Assembly: GCA_002269645.1 (NCBI GenBank)
Contig: NIVC01000665.1
Coordinates: forward strand, 248,001-312,000
Source: Macrostomum lignano
Taxonomy: Eukaryota
DNA length: 64,000 bases
Reading direction: 5' to 3'
The notes under the pieces are model-generated. The model was not told where the DNA came from, searched no databases, and saw only the letters and a program-made list of their open reading frames with translations. Below, piece after piece: positions 55,466 through 64,000 of the stretch (its first letter is position 1; each line of letters starts with the position of its first letter). A program made the translations under genes and the position numbers.

Positions 55466-55779
55466 AATAATAATAATTAGAATTGATTACACCTGCCCAA
55501 ATGGCCAGATGTGCAACCGACAGCTCAGCCGCAGCTATTGCGCGGTGCATCTGAAGGCTGCGTACGGCTGTCCAGTCCAAGGACTGGGGGGGGGGGTCGC
55601 CACACCCACCCTCAATTACCCCAGCTAATGCTGGCACCCATTTTACAGCTGGGTGAACTGAAGCATTGCAGAGTTAAGTGTCTTGCTCATGGACACAAAT
55701 TTTTCCAGTGGGATTGGGAATCGAACCCCCGACCTTTTAAGTCGCGACTCCGACGCTCTGACCACTAGGCTGCAACCCC
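55466..55779 (-). mobile_element. tRNA-CORE SINE, full length (copy B)
   Basis: tRNA head with A and B boxes; CORE-like TGTGTCCATGAGCAAGACACTTAACTCTGCAATGCTTCAGTTCACCCAGCTGTAAAATGGG; unique 3' body; (ATT)n tail. Confidence 0.88.
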
Positions 55780-55959
55780 ATTAATTTAACAACAGTAGTT
55801 AGGCAGGTAGTTGGCTGTTTCTATGCTGTTTAGTGTCTATAAAACGCAGATTTTTAACCGATAGTTTGTTTGGGTTGACTCTGTCATTACGACAGACAAT
55901 AGAGCTTGGGGATCGATAGATTATTGCATTTAAGGGCTAGTGGCTGTAGTTTAGTAAAT

Positions 55960-56372
55960 ATGGATGGATGGATAGTAAACAGATGGATAGTAAACAGATG
56001 GATAGTAAACCGTAGAGTATAGAAGTAAAGAAGGTAGGTAGAGGATCGAGGGTAGAGGGTAGGATGTTAAAATGTCAAGTGTAGAGGTAAAGGGTAGAGG
56101 GTAGAGGGTAAAGGGTAGAGGGTAGAGGGTAAAGGGTAGAGGGTAAAGGGTAGAGGGTAAAGGGTAGAAGATAGAGGATAGAGGGTAGAGGGTAGAGGGT
56201 AGAGGGTAGAGGATAGAGGGTAGAGGATAGAGGGTAGAGGGTAAAGGATAGGGGGTAGAGGGAAGAAGGTAAAGAGTAGAAGGTAAAGAGTAGATGGTAG
56301 AGGGTAGACAGGATCGAGAGTAGGGGGTGTAGGATATAGAGTGTAGAGGGTAGAGGATAAAAGGTAGAGGTA
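55960..56372 (+). repeat. Purine-rich (GGGTAGA)n-type repeat
   Basis: Direct reading. Confidence 0.9.
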
Positions 56373-57055
56373 TCGAATTTCTCTGCAAGCAAAGGGCTCT
56401 CTACGACTATGTTATAATAATTAATAACTAATAGACTGCTAGAGCACTGAGAGAGGTAATGAATTTACTAAATTGCATTTTGAACTCCAAGCCGGCAAAA
56501 TCCGCATCTGACCTGCAGTGACCGCTAGAGCAATAAAACATGGACTGTAAATGTAATAACTTTAAAGGCCCCGACCCCAACCGGTTCAGGCGGTGGCATA
56601 ACTCTAATGACAAGGCCGGAGGTGCAATTGCAGATAGGAAGGAATGAAGGATTGATGTTGGCATTTTTACACAGAGTTCAGTTTGTCATTTCATGGAGTA
56701 TTAATTTTGAAAACCTGGATTAGAAACACCTTGCCTAAAGCACAATACTCGGAGTTGCCAACCTGAAATCTTGGTGGGAAACCAGCAAAATAAAATTCAA
56801 ATCTGCTACCATGGATCTTCGGACAAAACATCTGGATTGGACAATCTAATTTGTAGTTCATGAATCTTTAGCACATAGCAACTGGGCTGAAACTCATAGG
56901 TCTCTCTTGGATTAAAAACAGACTCTACAGGCGCGTGGCCACCGGGGGGGACAGAGGGGGCATGTCCCCCCCCAGTAAAAGCTATTGGGGAGACATGCCA
57001 ATGCTTTGTCCCCACCCCACCCTGTGACTCGTGAAAAATCAATAGTTTTCTTCGG

Positions 57056-57463
57056 GGCGCCAAAATATAGCGCCTGCGGCGCCAAAAGTAATGCCTGCGG
57101 CGCCAAAAGTAATGCCTGCGGCGCCAAAAGTAATGCCTTCGGCGCCTAAAGTAATGCCTTCGGCGCCTAAAGTAATGCCTTCGGCGCCAAAAGTAATGCC
57201 TTCGGCGCCACAAGTAATGCCTGCAGCGCCAAAAATAATGCCTGCGGCGCCACAAGTAATGCCTGCAGCGCCAAAAATAATGCCTGCGGCGCCACAAGTA
57301 ATGCCCGCGGCGCCAAAAGTAATGCCTGCGGCGCCAAAAGTAATGCATGAGGCGCCACAAGTAGCGCCTGCGGCGCCAAAAGTAATGCCTGTGGCGCCAA
57401 AAGTAATGCCTGCGGCGCCAAAAGTAATGCATGCGGCGCCACAAGTAATGCCTGCAGCGCCAA
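57056..57463 (+). repeat. 21-bp minisatellite GCGCCAAAAGTAATGCCTGCG
   Basis: Direct reading; lies between hAT-like ends at 56928 and 57573 that lack a matching TSD. Confidence 0.92.
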
Positions 57464-57813
57464 AATGAGGGCTGACAACACGATTCTCAAAATAATGGAA
57501 ATGTAGAAATTTAGTCATGTACATTTTGAATTCGTGGTTTCCCCCCCCCATAAAATTCATGGCAACGCCCCTTGAATCTGGATTTGGAATGGAGCCAGTA
57601 GAACTCCATGAAGTGGGAGATTTGATAAACAAATTTGCCTTGTCACTCTGGTCAGCGATTCTCGACCAATCGCCGGGGTTTTTGGATCATGTGCCTCTTA
57701 TCAGCCTATAAAATTGAGGAGTTACTCAACGCAGTTTATCTGATTAGGGTTCCAAATTTCCTGCCAAATAGAGTCAAGCAGAATCCCCATTGATACTGGA
57801 AAATATTAAAATC

Positions 57814-63315
<5,502 letters not shown>

Positions 63316-64000
63316 GTGATTGACATGATTCAGCAGCTGTCATAGTGTGCACTATTGCAATAGTTTTGCCTTTAGAACGGTGGAATCTGAGTTTATGACA
63401 ATGACCACATGGTTTTACATAGACACTGCACATAGCAAAATGACTTAAGGTACATAGAGAAATATTAATTTTCAGTAGTTGAAGCAAAACTAAAAGATGT
63501 GAGTCACAAGCTTGAGCAGTCAGTTCTAGATTCTTCTTCTTCTTCTTCATCAGTTCTAGATGTAGACATAGGGCCTGTCTGTGCGCCTACTTTCCAATAT
63601 TTTTCTTCAAGTTTCTTGAAAATTGGTCCGTCGTTCGCGCAGGGACACCTCAATCAACCTGGCCATGCTGTACTCAACACCAAATTGGATTGATAAAATC
63701 GAAATTCTGAAGACGATCTTGGCTGCGAAGGAGACTGGCACGTGAGTGAAAGAAATGATTTTATAGTGAATGAGTTTTTTAGCACTAAAATCACAATATC
63801 TCTCCCCTTCTGGAATTTTGAACTACAAACTGAACAAGTGTCTCTCCTGTCTGATCCCTTAGCTACCTATGACTTAGCTGCAGGGGGGTTCCGGGCATCC
63901 GGATGCAGCGAGGAGGCGTTGGCGCTCATTCCGCTAATCCCTGGCGACCACGGGCAGCTGGTGCTGCGGTGTCGCGCATGAAGATCTGTGGTGCTGGTGC

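Noticed and set aside
55490-55620. Hammerhead ribozyme in the SINE body (as in schistosome Sm-alpha repeats)
   Set aside because: No CUGANGA plus GAAA core on either strand; only a simple hairpin.
56928-57573. Single hAT MITE around the 21-bp array
   Set aside because: The ends resemble CAGGGGCGTAGCC-type TIRs, but the flanking 8-mers differ (AGACTCTA versus AATCTGGA), so boundaries are unproven.
63742-63981. Next ENaC exon
   Set aside because: GC-rich and possibly coding, but I could not find an acceptor giving both the required phase 2 and a recognisable thumb-domain Cys pattern.

Overview
Animal genomic DNA with GC-rich exons and AT-rich or tandem-repeat-filled introns and spacers. The (GACA)n-laden introns resemble a free-living flatworm such as Macrostomum, but the species is my inference. 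Six host genes can be reconstructed, the spliced ones with consistent GT-AG phases: an LRR-Ig-FN3-TM receptor (LRRN-like, +), SERP1/RAMP4 (-), TTC39 (+), GCDH (+), a Zic/odd-paired transcription factor (+), and a DEG/ENaC channel (+, 3' end unresolved). An intact tRNA-Ala(AGC) lies antisense in Zic intron 1. Mobile DNA includes a Mag-like Ty3/Gypsy element whose 5' LTR end is split by a DNA transposon that itself carries a hAT MITE and a Helitron-like insert, two more hAT insertions with 8-bp TSDs, a 465-bp-TIR foldback element, a decayed DIRS/Ngaro-type tyrosine-recombinase retroelement, and three copies of a tRNA-CORE SINE. About 20 minisatellite arrays generate most of the long, spurious ORFs. 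The standout observation is the DEG/ENaC gene: between its first exon and the rest of its extracellular domain it carries two six-cysteine kringle-like modules, the first with a complete WSC domain nested inside it, and each module is bounded by phase-1 introns.
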